Made by a program: the position numbers and the translations under genes. 64,000 nucleotides of DNA from assembly GCA_032250735.1 (NCBI GenBank), contig JAVVEP010000009.1, positions 32,334-96,333 of the forward strand. The letters are read 5' to 3'. The notes below the pieces were generated by a model, which made no database searches, was not told the DNA's origin, and saw only the letters and a program-made list of their open reading frames with translations. Below are positions 1 to 9,607 of the stretch, piece by piece. The stretch's first letter is position 1. The number at the start of each line of letters is the position of its first letter. The stretch is from Gammaproteobacteria bacterium. GTDB taxonomy: Bacteria > Pseudomonadota > Gammaproteobacteria > SZUA-152.

Positions 1-1076
1 GCGGTGACTTCCACGTGGTGGCCAATCAGACCCTGTATATCCAGCTCGATATCGATGCCGACAAATCCCTGCACATTGTGCAAACGGGCAACGGTGGCTA
101 TCGGTTCCGCCCGGTGATCTTTGTGGACATCATCGACCAGCAGTTCAGCGGCAAGCTGGTGCGCCACTTTGGCTATGTGCAGAGCCTGGATGCGGCCAAT
201 AACCGCTTCAAATTATGCGATCAACCGATGGCGGATATGCCGACCACCACCGCGCTCAGCCTGGTGACGCAGAGTATCGATGGTTGTATCGAGGTGGTCG
301 CCGACGACGTCTCTGTGTTTGATCAGAACGGCGATCCTGCCGATAGGAGCGGCATTCAGGATGACGACATGCTGACCGTCATCGGCTTCGTACGCAGTTA
401 TGAAGAGCATGACGATGATGACGAAGAGACTGGTAGTACCAACAGTACCGATGCGGACAGCACCGATGCAGATAGCACCGATGCAGACGACCATACGATT
501 CGCCTGTATGCCGAAGTGATCGAGATGGGTGACCGTGACACCTTCGCCATCGTTGATGGCAGCGTTACCACCGAACCACAGACCGCCGCGGCGGCCTTTG
601 GTCTGGCGCTGGATGAGACCACGGATATTCAGGTGCAGCTACAGGCACAGGCCGGCACCCGGGTGTTTTCACGCAGCGGGCAGCGGCTGGACTACCGGGG
701 TATCGACCTGGGCCTGACGGCCTCGGTGGACGGCGTCTATTCCGCCACCGACAGCAGCCTCCTTAAGGCCGGCCTGGTGATTGTGGATAGCGCCAAGATC
801 GACAGCCTGCAGAAGCTGTCCGGCACGGTGCTGAGTGTCGATGCCGACTCCAGGCTTATTACCATCAGTAGCGACAGCGGCGACAAGCTGATCCGCCTGA
901 CCGACGACAGCCACATCTTCCTCATGCTGGGGGATGGTGCCGGCGCGCTGAGCACCGTGATCGACATCCTGGCCGTGCCCGTCGGTGCGGAACTGGATGT
1001 CTATGGCCATGCGGCTACCGACGGCTACTTCGATGCCAATACGGTCATCGTGGAGTCACCGGACACGACGCCATAG
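1..1076 (+). CDS. Hypothetical acidic repeat protein, 5'-truncated at the window edge. It contains STDAD x3 repeats and a D/E-rich tract.
   Basis: Long ORF whose frame is open to position 1 (GTG at 15, no upstream stop). A 15-bp in-frame tandem repeat x3 at 444-488 encodes STDADSTDADSTDAD. No recognisable catalytic motifs. A rho-independent terminator follows. Confidence 0.55.
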   Translation, partial: GDFHVVANQTLYIQLDIDADKSLHIVQTGNGGYRFRPVIFVDIIDQQFSGKLVRHFGYVQSLDAANNRFKLCDQPMADMPTTTALSLVTQSIDGCIEVVADDVSVFDQNGDPADRSGIQDDDMLTVIGFVRSYEEHDDDDEETGSTNSTDADSTDADSTDADDHTIRLYAEVIEMGDRDTFAIVDGSVTTEPQTAAAAFGLALDETTDIQVQLQAQAGTRVFSRSGQRLDYRGIDLGLTASVDGVYSATDSSLLKAGLVIVDSAKIDSLQKLSGTVLSVDADSRLITISSDSGDKLIRLTDDSHIFLMLGDGAGALSTVIDILAVPVGAELDVYGHAATDGYFDANTVIVESPDTTP

Positions 1077-1100
1077 ATCATCGCGTTCAGCATCAGCACG

Positions 1101-1132
1101 AAAAAGGGCCTGTTCTTCAGGCCCTTTTTTTT
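1101..1132 (+). terminator. Rho-independent terminator
   Basis: GC stem GGGCCTG/CAGGCCC followed by a T8 run, directly after the stop of the first ORF. Confidence 0.7.
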
Positions 1133-1243
1133 ACGGCAGCGCGCCCGGTTGTTCGTGTTGTTCGTATATTCCTGCCATCCCTGTGATCGCCCCTGCGTGA
1201 TACCGCGACACCACCTCACTCTGGCAGCCTCCAGCCCTTGAAT

Positions 1244-1258
1244 GTTCTCTGCTTGTTC
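1244..1258 (+). promoter_or_regulatory. GTTC-N7-GTTC direct repeat upstream of lexA, a candidate LexA operator of the type described for Alphaproteobacteria
   Basis: Exact GTTCtctgcttGTTC about 62 nt upstream of the lexA start. No CTGT-N8-ACAG gamma-type box is seen in the region. Confidence 0.35.
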
Positions 1259-1283
1259 TCTATGCTGTGTGCATCGCGTTTCT

Positions 1284-1319
1284 GACACAGTGAGTGACAC
1301 AGTGAGTGACACAGTGAAG
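1284..1319 (+). repeat. 12-bp direct repeat (gacacagtgagt) x3 abutting the lexA start codon
   Basis: Three tandem copies read directly from the sequence, ending 1 nt before the ATG at 1320. Possible operator or UTR element. Confidence 0.6.
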
Positions 1320-1931
1320 ATGCCCATGCTTACCCCCGGCCAGCGCAAAGCCCTGGATTTCATTAAAGATTACCTGTCGCGTGAGGGCTTTGCCCCGAGT
1401 CTCGCGGAGATCGCCGAGGGTCTCGGCACCCGCTCGCGTGGCTCCATGCACAAGCAAGTGCAGGCGCTGGCCGCGGCCGGCGCCATCCGCTTGATACCCG
1501 GTCGGCAACGGGGCATTGAACTGGTGGAGCCGTGGGACGACATCGAGCCCCACCGCTACAGCCTGCCCCTCCTGGGGCGCATTGCCGCCGGCCGGCCCAT
1601 CGAGGCGATCCCCGACGAGGACACCCTCAACCTGGCGGAATTCCTCCTCGGCCCCGACCGCTTTGCCCTGCGGGTGCAGGGTGACTCCATGATCGAGGCC
1701 GGGATCCTGGATGGTGATACGGTGATCATCAAGCGCGGCGAGACCGCCACCGATGGGGACATCGTGGTGGCGCTGATTGATGACGACGCGGCCACCCTGA
1801 AACGTTTTCACCGTCGCGTCGGCGGCAAGATCGAGCTGGCCCCCGAAAACCGCAGCCTGCGCCCCCTGGTGCTGGACGCCCATCGGGTGCGCATCCAGGG
1901 TGTGCTGGTCAGCCAACTCCGCACCTATTGA
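1320..1931 (+). CDS. lexA: LexA transcriptional repressor (S24 peptidase)
   Basis: N-terminal wHTH (GFAPSLAEIAEGLG) and C-terminal S24 motifs (GRIAAG, QGDSMIEAGILDGD, VALIDDDAATLKRF). The likely start is the ATG at 1320 or 1326; the track ORF begins at 1242. Confidence 0.92.
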   Translation: MPMLTPGQRKALDFIKDYLSREGFAPSLAEIAEGLGTRSRGSMHKQVQALAAAGAIRLIPGRQRGIELVEPWDDIEPHRYSLPLLGRIAAGRPIEAIPDEDTLNLAEFLLGPDRFALRVQGDSMIEAGILDGDTVIIKRGETATDGDIVVALIDDDAATLKRFHRRVGGKIELAPENRSLRPLVLDAHRVRIQGVLVSQLRTY

Positions 1932-1958
1932 TCCCCCGTCAGCAACGCAGGCCGTCAC

Positions 1959-3263
1959 GTGACTCGCACCGTCTTTCGCCCCTGGCGTCGCGCCATCATT
2001 CTGGTCGACATGAACGCCTTCTTTGCCTCGATCGAGCAGCTGGATCGCCCCGAGTGGCGCGGGCGTCCAGTGGCGGTGACCAATGGCCTGACCGGCACCT
2101 GCATCATCACCAGTTCGTACGAGGCCCGCGCCTGTGGCGTCAGGACTGGCATGCGGCTGAAAGAGGCGCGTCGATTGTGCCCCGCACTGATTCAGTCCCC
2201 GGCCCGGCCGGAACGCTATGCCGCCGTGTCATCCCGCATCATGTCGGCGCTCGATGCCATTTCGCCCGACATCGAAGTCTTTTCCGTCGACGAGGCCTTC
2301 CTGGACGTCACCCGCTGTCAGCGCCTGCTCGGCTCCCCCGAACACATCGCCCGGCTGACCAAGGAGATCGTGTTCCAGGCCTCGGGCATCCCCTGCTCGG
2401 TGGGGGTCAGTGGCGACAAGACCACCGCCAAGTATGCCGCCAAGCTCAACCGGCCCGACGGTTTAACCGTGATCCCGCCCTGGGAGGCGAAGGCGCGCCT
2501 GCGCGATGTGCCGGTGACCGAGCTCTGTGGCATCAATAAGGGGATCGGCGGGTTTCTTGCTGCACGCGGGGTTTACACCTGCGGTGACATGGAACGCCTG
2601 CCGATTGGTGTGCTGGCGCAGCGCTTCGGCAACCCGGGGCGGCGCATCTGGTACATGGCACAGGGGGCCGATCCGGAGCCCCTGCAACTCGGCCTGGCCG
2701 CGCCCAAAACCATGGGCCACGGCAAGGTCATGCCACCAAATACCCGCGCGGCGGGCGTCATCCTCACCTATCTATTACACATGAGCGAAAAGCTCGCCGC
2801 GCGCTTGCGACGCCATGCCATGGTGGCGCAGACCTTTTCCATCGCCCTCAACACACGCGAGGGATGGATCGGCAACAAGGCGCGCAGCGTAGTGCCCACC
2901 CAAAACGGCAAGACCATTGTGCAACTGTGCAAACGGGTGATCGGCGCCTGCTGGCGCGGCCAGGGGGTACATCAGGTGCAGGTCACCGCCCTGGATCCGC
3001 GCCCCCTGAACGGGCAGCTGGAGATGTTTGCAGCGGGCGCGGAGCCGGACCGGGAAAAGCAAACCCGGGCCCATGCGGCCATCGATACGATCAACGCCCG
3101 TTATGGTGAATTTACCCTGGCCCCCGCCCGCCTGCTCAACCGCTCCACCATGCCCAATGTCATTGCCCCGGCCTGGAAGCCTTACGGCCATCGACAGACC
3201 ATTCAGGATATCGAGGCCGACACACGGCGGGCCAATAAGGATGATGCGGACGCACCCGGCTAG
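1959..3263 (+). CDS. dinB: Y-family DNA polymerase (DinB/Pol IV-like), co-oriented immediately downstream of lexA
   Basis: ILVDMNAFFASIE catalytic-Asp motif, SYEARACGV, FSVDEAFLDVT, GVSGDKTTAKYAAKLNRPDG. GTG start 27 nt after the lexA stop. No imuA or dnaE2 partner in the window. Confidence 0.8.
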   Translation: MTRTVFRPWRRAIILVDMNAFFASIEQLDRPEWRGRPVAVTNGLTGTCIITSSYEARACGVRTGMRLKEARRLCPALIQSPARPERYAAVSSRIMSALDAISPDIEVFSVDEAFLDVTRCQRLLGSPEHIARLTKEIVFQASGIPCSVGVSGDKTTAKYAAKLNRPDGLTVIPPWEAKARLRDVPVTELCGINKGIGGFLAARGVYTCGDMERLPIGVLAQRFGNPGRRIWYMAQGADPEPLQLGLAAPKTMGHGKVMPPNTRAAGVILTYLLHMSEKLAARLRRHAMVAQTFSIALNTREGWIGNKARSVVPTQNGKTIVQLCKRVIGACWRGQGVHQVQVTALDPRPLNGQLEMFAAGAEPDREKQTRAHAAIDTINARYGEFTLAPARLLNRSTMPNVIAPAWKPYGHRQTIQDIEADTRRANKDDADAPG

Positions 3264-3525
3264 GGGGAGACGCTGATTACCCAGAGATGGCCAGCCCTCC
3301 AATAAACCCTATAAAAATAGGGAAATTTGGCCCGTATTGACCCACAATTTCGTATCGTTTAAGGTGTCCCTGCTAATTTTTTGGCCAAACATCTATTTCT
3401 AACATTCTACTATTGGGAGAGTCGCTATGAGCCTTGCTATTACTTTCTTTGTTGTGCTTTTGGGTACCGCTTTTCTGGGCATGTTTACCTCTTAAGACAC
3501 GCCTCTGCCGCCAGGCAGATTGCAG

Positions 3526-3568
3526 AAAAAAAGGCTGAAACAGTAAAAACTGTTCCAGCCTTTTTTTT
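3526..3568. terminator. Bidirectional rho-independent terminator
   Basis: A7-GGCTGAAACAG...CTGTTCCAGCC-T8: a hairpin flanked by an A-run and a T-run, sitting between convergent genes. Confidence 0.65.
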
Positions 3569-3623
3569 GTCCCGGATTTATGTGAGCCGCCAGGGATATT
3601 TTATTGCCGCGACCTGCGGGCCA

Positions 3624-4061
3624 TCACCGTGGCCTGAAATGCACCACCTCGCGGACGATCTCATCAAAGGGCAGCACATCAGAATCGGCAAAATGCTGAT
3701 CCCGGGCCTCCAGCACCGCAAACACATCCGGCCGGACCGGCGGATCACCCACATCGAGTTCCAGCAGTCGGCACAGCCCCAGCATTCCTCCGGCCTGCAC
3801 CTTCATTTCCTTGCCATGCGGCAGCACGGCCACCGGCCCCGCAGTATGCAGCGCGAATTGGGATTTTTGCCGCAGCAGCAACAGCCAGTCATTACAGCGC
3901 GCGGCATAGTGCGCGGAGGCACACATCACCACCTCCCGCTCGGCGATGTTCTTCCTTGATGCCTTTGAGCACTGTGTCTTTAAGGCCAGGATGGTTTTCT
4001 CGAAAACACAGGGGGCCGAGACCAGCGTATCGCGTACCGAGCGATATTCATTTTCATCCAT
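3624..4061 (-). CDS. Hypothetical 145-aa protein at the promoter-distal end of the hybrid-kinase operon (high-GC gene next to the low-GC kinase)
   Basis: Clean ORF ending just inside the terminator, 30 nt downstream of the kinase stop. No recognisable motifs. Confidence 0.4.
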   Translation of the reverse strand: MDENEYRSVRDTLVSAPCVFEKTILALKTQCSKASRKNIAEREVVMCASAHYAARCNDWLLLLRQKSQFALHTAGPVAVLPHGKEMKVQAGGMLGLCRLLELDVGDPPVRPDVFAVLEARDQHFADSDVLPFDEIVREVVHFRPR

Positions 4062-4091
4062 ACGCGGATACCGGAAATTTGTTACCGACGC

Positions 4092-6788
4092 TCATTGCGG
4101 CAGGCCATGGTCACCAATTCTTTCACGCAGATATCGGCTGACATCACGAAATTCATTTTCTATCGCAACAAACCGGTCGGCAATATCATCGGGCACTTTT
4201 CCCGCACGCACGGCATCCACGATATCTCGACACATGCCCGATAATGTTATGGCACCCAGGTTTGCACTACTGCCCTTTAATGAATGGGATACCGACTCAA
4301 TATCCGCCATATCCATTTTGGCCATCGCAGATCCAAGCTCTTTAATACGCTGCCGGGAATGTTCAATAAACAATTTTACCAGCTCGGTAAATTTATTCTC
4401 GTCCAGCAGTTCTTCCAGATCAGACAATACACCCATATCAAAATGTTGCTCGATTGCATCATGGGATAGTGAAGTAGCCTGGGGAAAGTTTTCTTCAGCC
4501 ACCGGAGTATCCGTTTCCAGATAACGCGAAAACACATCAATCACCGCATTGATCCGCATGGGCTTGACCAGAAAATCATCCATGCCTGACTCAAAACAGG
4601 CCTGGCGGTCCTGGTCGGATGCATTGGCCGTTAAGGCGATAATCGGGGTGCGTGACGAGCCATGGGTAAGCTCATAGACGCGAATCTTGCGTGTGGCCTC
4701 AAAGCCATCCATAACGGGCATCTGGCAATCCATTAACACCACATTGTAGTTATTGGCCTTGAACAGGGTGATCGCCTGCAGACCATCATTCGCGATATCC
4801 ACCATGAAACCCTGCTTCTGCAGGATGGACACGGTGACCTGCTGATTAACGGCATTGTCGTCGACCAACAGTACTGATATGCCTTTATGCGGAGGTACAA
4901 GCTGGTCAGCATTATTGGCGTGATGTGGAATAATTATTTCGTTACTGGCATGCATGCTGGAAAGCGCGGCAAGCAGTGGAGATTTCCGTATCGGCCGGGT
5001 GATGCTGGCGGAAAAATGGAAATGCTTGACCTTTTCGGCAAGGTCGCGTTCCGAAAGCCGGAAGATGCCAATCATGAATTTTGCAACAACGATACGTTTG
5101 CGCAGGCTGTAGATGTCAGTAACATTCAGTGATAGCAGTTTATCCACGTCCAGGATGGCCACATCAACTGAGGGAATATTTTTTCCAGCAACGATACCGG
5201 AAGGCGTAATAACATCACCGCCCCAATACTGGACAAGACTACCGATTGTTTTTTCCATCCCCCGGCTTTTGGTCAGAACAAATACCCTCAAGCCGGAAAA
5301 TATGCCCTTTTCACGGCGATTAGAGCGTCGCTCCGTGGCGGGCAAATTGGCCGTGAACCAGAAGGTGCTGCCTTTACCCTCTTCGGATTCAACACCAATT
5401 TCGCCACCAAACAGCTTCGTCATCTGCTCGCAGATGGCCAGGCCCAGCCCTGTCCCGCCGAATTTACGGGTGGTCGACTCATCGGCCTGCGTAAACGAAC
5501 CAAAGATTACTTTCTGCGCCGATTTGGGAATACCGATGCCGGTATCGATCACCGAAAACCTGAGCAGTCCAGAAACATCTGTCCCCTCATTATCCGCCCG
5601 TTTGAGCTCGACAATGATCTCGCCATCATGGGTGAACTTTATCGCATTGCTGATCAGGTTGTTCAGAATCTGTCGCAGGCGTGTCGGATCTCCCCGCACA
5701 TATTCAGGTACATCATTTTCGATACAGGCGGTAATTTCTATGCCCTTGTCCTGCACATTCTTGGCATAGAGCCCTACCACCTCTTCAAGAAGATGCCTGA
5801 TATCAAACTGAATGACTTCATAATCAATCTTGCCGGCCTCAATTTTAGAAAAATCGAGAACATCCTTAATAACAACCAATAGGGCCTCTGCGGAGTTATA
5901 CGCGGTATCAACAAAATATTTCTGTTCCGACACCAGCTTCGTTTCACGCAGCAGGTCCAGCATACCCAGTACACCTGTCATTGGCGTGCGTATCTCATGA
6001 CTCATATTTGCCAGAAAGGTGGATTTCGCCTTGGTGGCATCCTCTGCATTTTTATAGGCCAATGCCAATTCAGTGTTTTTCTGATTCAGCTCAAAGCTCT
6101 TATTCCTGACATTATTGATAACAAAGCGCGCGATAAGAATCCCGACGACCAGCACAATAATGCCGAGCGAAAACTGCATCAGTAAGATAAATCTAAAATC
6201 CTTCTGATTACTCTGAACGGCATCATCCGTGTATTGCTGCTGCAGGGTTGTCAACTCATCAAGTAGATCGAGCAAAAGCTTCTGCTTCTCCAGGCCATGA
6301 GTAATCGCTGCTGCGACGACATCCGCCGGAGCGTCCTGCATCAGCAGCTCTGCTGATCGCTGGTTGGCAGGCTGCGCCTCAGAGGCGACAATCGCCAGCC
6401 TTGCATGGATTTCCTTTTCCTTTTTATCCACACCAAGACTGACCAGCTCATCTCGCATGTTCCGGTACTCACCGGCATATGAATAAAACCGGAGTGACTC
6501 AGCATCTCGAACAAAGATGTCATCCGTCGCCAGCATGGTATAAATACTGATAGCCCTCTGACGAATGGCATCGCGCATACCGAACGCCAAAGCCACCTTC
6601 TTATTGTGGACTTCGACGATCTTTTCCATGTTGGTATTGAATTCTTTAAGCCGATAAAGACTGATCGCGGAAAGCACCAGCACCAGGACCAGCACCGCAC
6701 TAAACCCCATCTGTACCACATGCACCAGACGACGATGCTCATCCTGCTCGTGGTGAGACGCGATTATTGAGTTTTTCTGATGAACCAT
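4092..6788 (-). CDS. Hybrid sensor histidine kinase (periplasmic sensor, HisKA, HATPase, pseudo-REC, REC, Hpt), BarA/ArcB/TorS-like
   Basis: Two TM segments bracketing a periplasmic domain. H-box SHEIRTPMTGVLGML, N/G boxes (NLISNAIKFT, DTGIGI, GGTGLGLAI). REC VLLVDDNAVNQ...LMDCQMPVMDG. C-terminal Hpt HSLKGSSANLGA. The start is probably the ATG at 6788 (GAGAGA SD); the ORF is open to 6854. Confidence 0.85.
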   Translation of the reverse strand: MVHQKNSIIASHHEQDEHRRLVHVVQMGFSAVLVLVLVLSAISLYRLKEFNTNMEKIVEVHNKKVALAFGMRDAIRQRAISIYTMLATDDIFVRDAESLRFYSYAGEYRNMRDELVSLGVDKKEKEIHARLAIVASEAQPANQRSAELLMQDAPADVVAAAITHGLEKQKLLLDLLDELTTLQQQYTDDAVQSNQKDFRFILLMQFSLGIIVLVVGILIARFVINNVRNKSFELNQKNTELALAYKNAEDATKAKSTFLANMSHEIRTPMTGVLGMLDLLRETKLVSEQKYFVDTAYNSAEALLVVIKDVLDFSKIEAGKIDYEVIQFDIRHLLEEVVGLYAKNVQDKGIEITACIENDVPEYVRGDPTRLRQILNNLISNAIKFTHDGEIIVELKRADNEGTDVSGLLRFSVIDTGIGIPKSAQKVIFGSFTQADESTTRKFGGTGLGLAICEQMTKLFGGEIGVESEEGKGSTFWFTANLPATERRSNRREKGIFSGLRVFVLTKSRGMEKTIGSLVQYWGGDVITPSGIVAGKNIPSVDVAILDVDKLLSLNVTDIYSLRKRIVVAKFMIGIFRLSERDLAEKVKHFHFSASITRPIRKSPLLAALSSMHASNEIIIPHHANNADQLVPPHKGISVLLVDDNAVNQQVTVSILQKQGFMVDIANDGLQAITLFKANNYNVVLMDCQMPVMDGFEATRKIRVYELTHGSSRTPIIALTANASDQDRQACFESGMDDFLVKPMRINAVIDVFSRYLETDTPVAEENFPQATSLSHDAIEQHFDMGVLSDLEELLDENKFTELVKLFIEHSRQRIKELGSAMAKMDMADIESVSHSLKGSSANLGAITLSGMCRDIVDAVRAGKVPDDIADRFVAIENEFRDVSRYLRERIGDHGLPQ

Positions 6789-7076
6789 GTGTCTCTCAGT
6801 CGGTACAGCTAGCCCGGCCCTATAGGCTGGGGCCCGTCGGATTTTGGGAAGCAATCGCTAATCTATCAGATATTTCGCGCCAAGATCTTGCATACGCCAC
6901 GACAAGGCGTTATTAGTCTTGCATATCAATAGCTTATCAATTTTCCAGCATTCCCACTCCCTGATCGCTGTCGGCATTTATTGCCCGAAATGTGAAGTTT
7001 TCACCTTTCTTGCCGCTACTAGTCTGGAAGCAGGCTTCAGGCAAAAAATGACAATCGAAACAGGAATTTAGCGTAG

Positions 7077-8948
7077 ATGTCCGAGGTAACCGCAGTAGTT
7101 CAGGCACACACAACAGATGGCAGGCCGCAGCTTGCCGCCCTCATGCTGTTGGTCCTTGTGCTGTTTACAACAGCCTCACACGTCCATGCAGACGCAGCAA
7201 ATACCGCCGCACCGCATACACCGGTCAATGATGTGCGCGTACTGATCGATATATCCGGCAGTATGAAAACAAATGACCCGGCGAATTTGCGTCAACCGGC
7301 ACTCAATCTCTTCGTATCATTACTACCCAATGAGACACAGGCGGGTGTCTGGACCTTTGGACAATGGGTCAACATGCTCATTCCCCACGGTCCTGTCACG
7401 GCAGCGTGGAAGAACGATGCCAAGGCATCGGTACAGAAGATCAACTCAGCGGGACTTTTCACCAACATCGAGGATGCCATCAGACGATCCACATGGGACT
7501 GGCGAGACACACCCCCTACGTCGGGCTCGGAACGCAATCTTATCTTACTCACCGATGGACTGGTCGATATCGCACTCGATGAACAGGAAAATCGGGCATC
7601 GCGCCAGCGAATATTGCGGGAGCTCCTGCCCCTCCTGCAAAAAGCCGGCGTTACGATCCATGCGATTGCACTGTCCAATGAATCTGACCGGAATTTACTA
7701 GAACAGCTGACAACCGCGACCGGTGGCCGGTTTGAGGTCATTGAAACGGCAGAAAACCTGGAACGACTCTTTTTACGCCTGTTTGACAACGTGGCACAGG
7801 CAGACAGTCTTCCTTTAACCGATAACCGCGTAAAGGTAGACGACAGCATTAAGGAAATGACCTTTCTGGTGTTCCGGGGCGCGGCCGTAGAAGAAAGTAG
7901 CATCACCTCACCCGCAGGCGAAAAGTACGATATCAACAATAAACCACAAGATGTGACGTGGCATAAAGAATCGAATTACGACCTGGTGACAGTCAAAAAC
8001 CCTGCCGCTGGCTACTGGCAAATAAATACCAAAGAAGATCCTGACAACCGGGTGATGATTGTGACAGACCTCAAGTTGGTCAACACAAGATTGCCCGTCA
8101 CACTATCCGTCGGTGACAAACAGACACTCCACCTACACCTGGAAAATAGTGGCACCATGATTGATCAGCGCGATTTCCTGCACTTTGTCAAAGCGACACT
8201 TAACCAGGTCGCAATTGACACTGAAAACGAGGAAAAGAAGTGGAATTTAAAAATACTGGACAATGGAAAAGGCGTCGATAAAAAAGAAAAGGATGGTATT
8301 TATTCCATCGAGCTCAACGAGACCCTGATTGCCGGTGAACATGACATCGAGGTGGAGATCAACGGCACCACCTTCCGACGACAGTTCAGGAAACAGCTAA
8401 CTGTTTACGCTTACCCGGCAACAGCGAATATAGAACCCGTATCAAAAGAGGCATTCAGGGTAAGTGTATTGCCATACCAGACACTGATTGACACCGATGC
8501 AATGCAGGTAACGGCGGAACACAAGCTACCAAACGGTGAGATTAACAAGATAACGATCACACGGGTCAATCCGGCAGAATGGATGCAGGAGTTCACGACC
8601 AACGGAATTCCCGGCAAGCATGAAGTGACCATAGCGATATCCGGCTCCAGCAAGGATGGAAAACCACTGGAGGCAACACTCCCTCCACTCAGCATTGATA
8701 TCGATGGTGAGAAATCACCGCCTCCAGAAAGTAATAAGCCGGAAACTGAAGAACAGGTTGAGGGTATCGATAATAGCGTGACGAATACCGAAACAGAAGA
8801 AGAGCCCGTTAGCTGGGTGATGGTTTCTGTGAAAGTGGGACTATTTAACATTATTGTCATCGGAATTTTCTTTGCCGCCTACAAATATTCATCAAGCATT
8901 CGGAAAAAGCCTTTAAAGAAACAATCAGAGGAAGAGTCAGATGGCTAG
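7077..8948 (+). CDS. Secreted, C-terminally membrane-anchored von Willebrand factor A (VWA) domain protein
   Basis: N-terminal signal peptide (LLVLVLFTTASHVHA). MIDAS motif DISGSM followed by a VWA fold. Beta-rich middle region. C-terminal TM helix WVMVSVKVGLFNIIVIGIFFAAY followed by a KK-rich tail. Confidence 0.75.
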   Translation: MSEVTAVVQAHTTDGRPQLAALMLLVLVLFTTASHVHADAANTAAPHTPVNDVRVLIDISGSMKTNDPANLRQPALNLFVSLLPNETQAGVWTFGQWVNMLIPHGPVTAAWKNDAKASVQKINSAGLFTNIEDAIRRSTWDWRDTPPTSGSERNLILLTDGLVDIALDEQENRASRQRILRELLPLLQKAGVTIHAIALSNESDRNLLEQLTTATGGRFEVIETAENLERLFLRLFDNVAQADSLPLTDNRVKVDDSIKEMTFLVFRGAAVEESSITSPAGEKYDINNKPQDVTWHKESNYDLVTVKNPAAGYWQINTKEDPDNRVMIVTDLKLVNTRLPVTLSVGDKQTLHLHLENSGTMIDQRDFLHFVKATLNQVAIDTENEEKKWNLKILDNGKGVDKKEKDGIYSIELNETLIAGEHDIEVEINGTTFRRQFRKQLTVYAYPATANIEPVSKEAFRVSVLPYQTLIDTDAMQVTAEHKLPNGEINKITITRVNPAEWMQEFTTNGIPGKHEVTIAISGSSKDGKPLEATLPPLSIDIDGEKSPPPESNKPETEEQVEGIDNSVTNTETEEEPVSWVMVSVKVGLFNIIVIGIFFAAYKYSSSIRKKPLKKQSEEESDG

Positions 8949-9591
8949 CGCCGACCCCACTGCCGTGATCATACTTGGTGAGATTGTCGTATTGGAGACA
9001 ATCGCAATTATTGGCTTTGTCATCTTCTTTTTTGTGAGAAAGAAAAAAATAAAAGCACAACTCGGAAAAAGTAAAAGCGATTATCTCAAAAGTGTCAGCG
9101 ACAGGAAATCATCACTAAAGTCATCCTTCGAAGGGACACCGTACGCACAAATAAATAACATCGATCAGGTGGTCGATAATCTGGTTGAGCATGAAACAGC
9201 GTTTTTTCACTCCATTCTTGGAATTATCGAAAAAAATGACGGAACTGCCATTGGCAAAATAGACGACAATATTCATGCGCTAGTGAACCAATATACCCTG
9301 CTGATCAAGTCTGGCGATGCACTGGGCGCTGAAACCGAAGAGGAAAATCCCATTGTACCTGACATCGATAGCGCTATCGATGACTTATTGGCGGACGAAG
9401 CCGATGATGCCGAAGGCGACCCCGCATTTGATCTCAGCGAAGCAATTGTGGCGGATGATGAAATCGCCGAAATCCCCGATGAATTGCTGGCGGATGACAA
9501 TCAGGACGAGAGCGCCACAGCATCAGAGATCACCTCGGATGACCCAAGCGACCCCGAACAATCAAAATCGCCAACCGACAAGACCCACTAG
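8941..9591 (+). CDS. Small membrane protein with one N-terminal TM helix and a strongly acidic C-terminal tail
   Basis: An 8-nt overlap with the VWA gene suggests an operon. TM helix AVIILGEIVVLETIAIIGFVIFFFV. C-terminal D/E-rich repeats (DDLLADEADDAEGD...). Confidence 0.6.
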   Translation: MASADPTAVIILGEIVVLETIAIIGFVIFFFVRKKKIKAQLGKSKSDYLKSVSDRKSSLKSSFEGTPYAQINNIDQVVDNLVEHETAFFHSILGIIEKNDGTAIGKIDDNIHALVNQYTLLIKSGDALGAETEEENPIVPDIDSAIDDLLADEADDAEGDPAFDLSEAIVADDEIAEIPDELLADDNQDESATASEITSDDPSDPEQSKSPTDKTH

Positions 9592-9607
9592 ATCAAGGCA
9601 GTAAATA

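Noticed and set aside
1270-1320. Canonical gamma-type LexA box CTGT-N8-ACAG upstream of lexA
   Set aside because: ACAGTG occurs three times as direct repeats, but no CTGT-N8-ACAG palindrome is present. The motif reported instead is GTTC-N7-GTTC.
3381-3959. 192-aa plus-strand ORF overlapping the 3624-4061 minus-strand gene
   Set aside because: It runs straight through a strong bidirectional terminator at 3526-3568. Its amino-acid composition (H/Q/R-rich, junk-like) and its overlap with a cleaner high-GC minus-strand ORF argue against coding.
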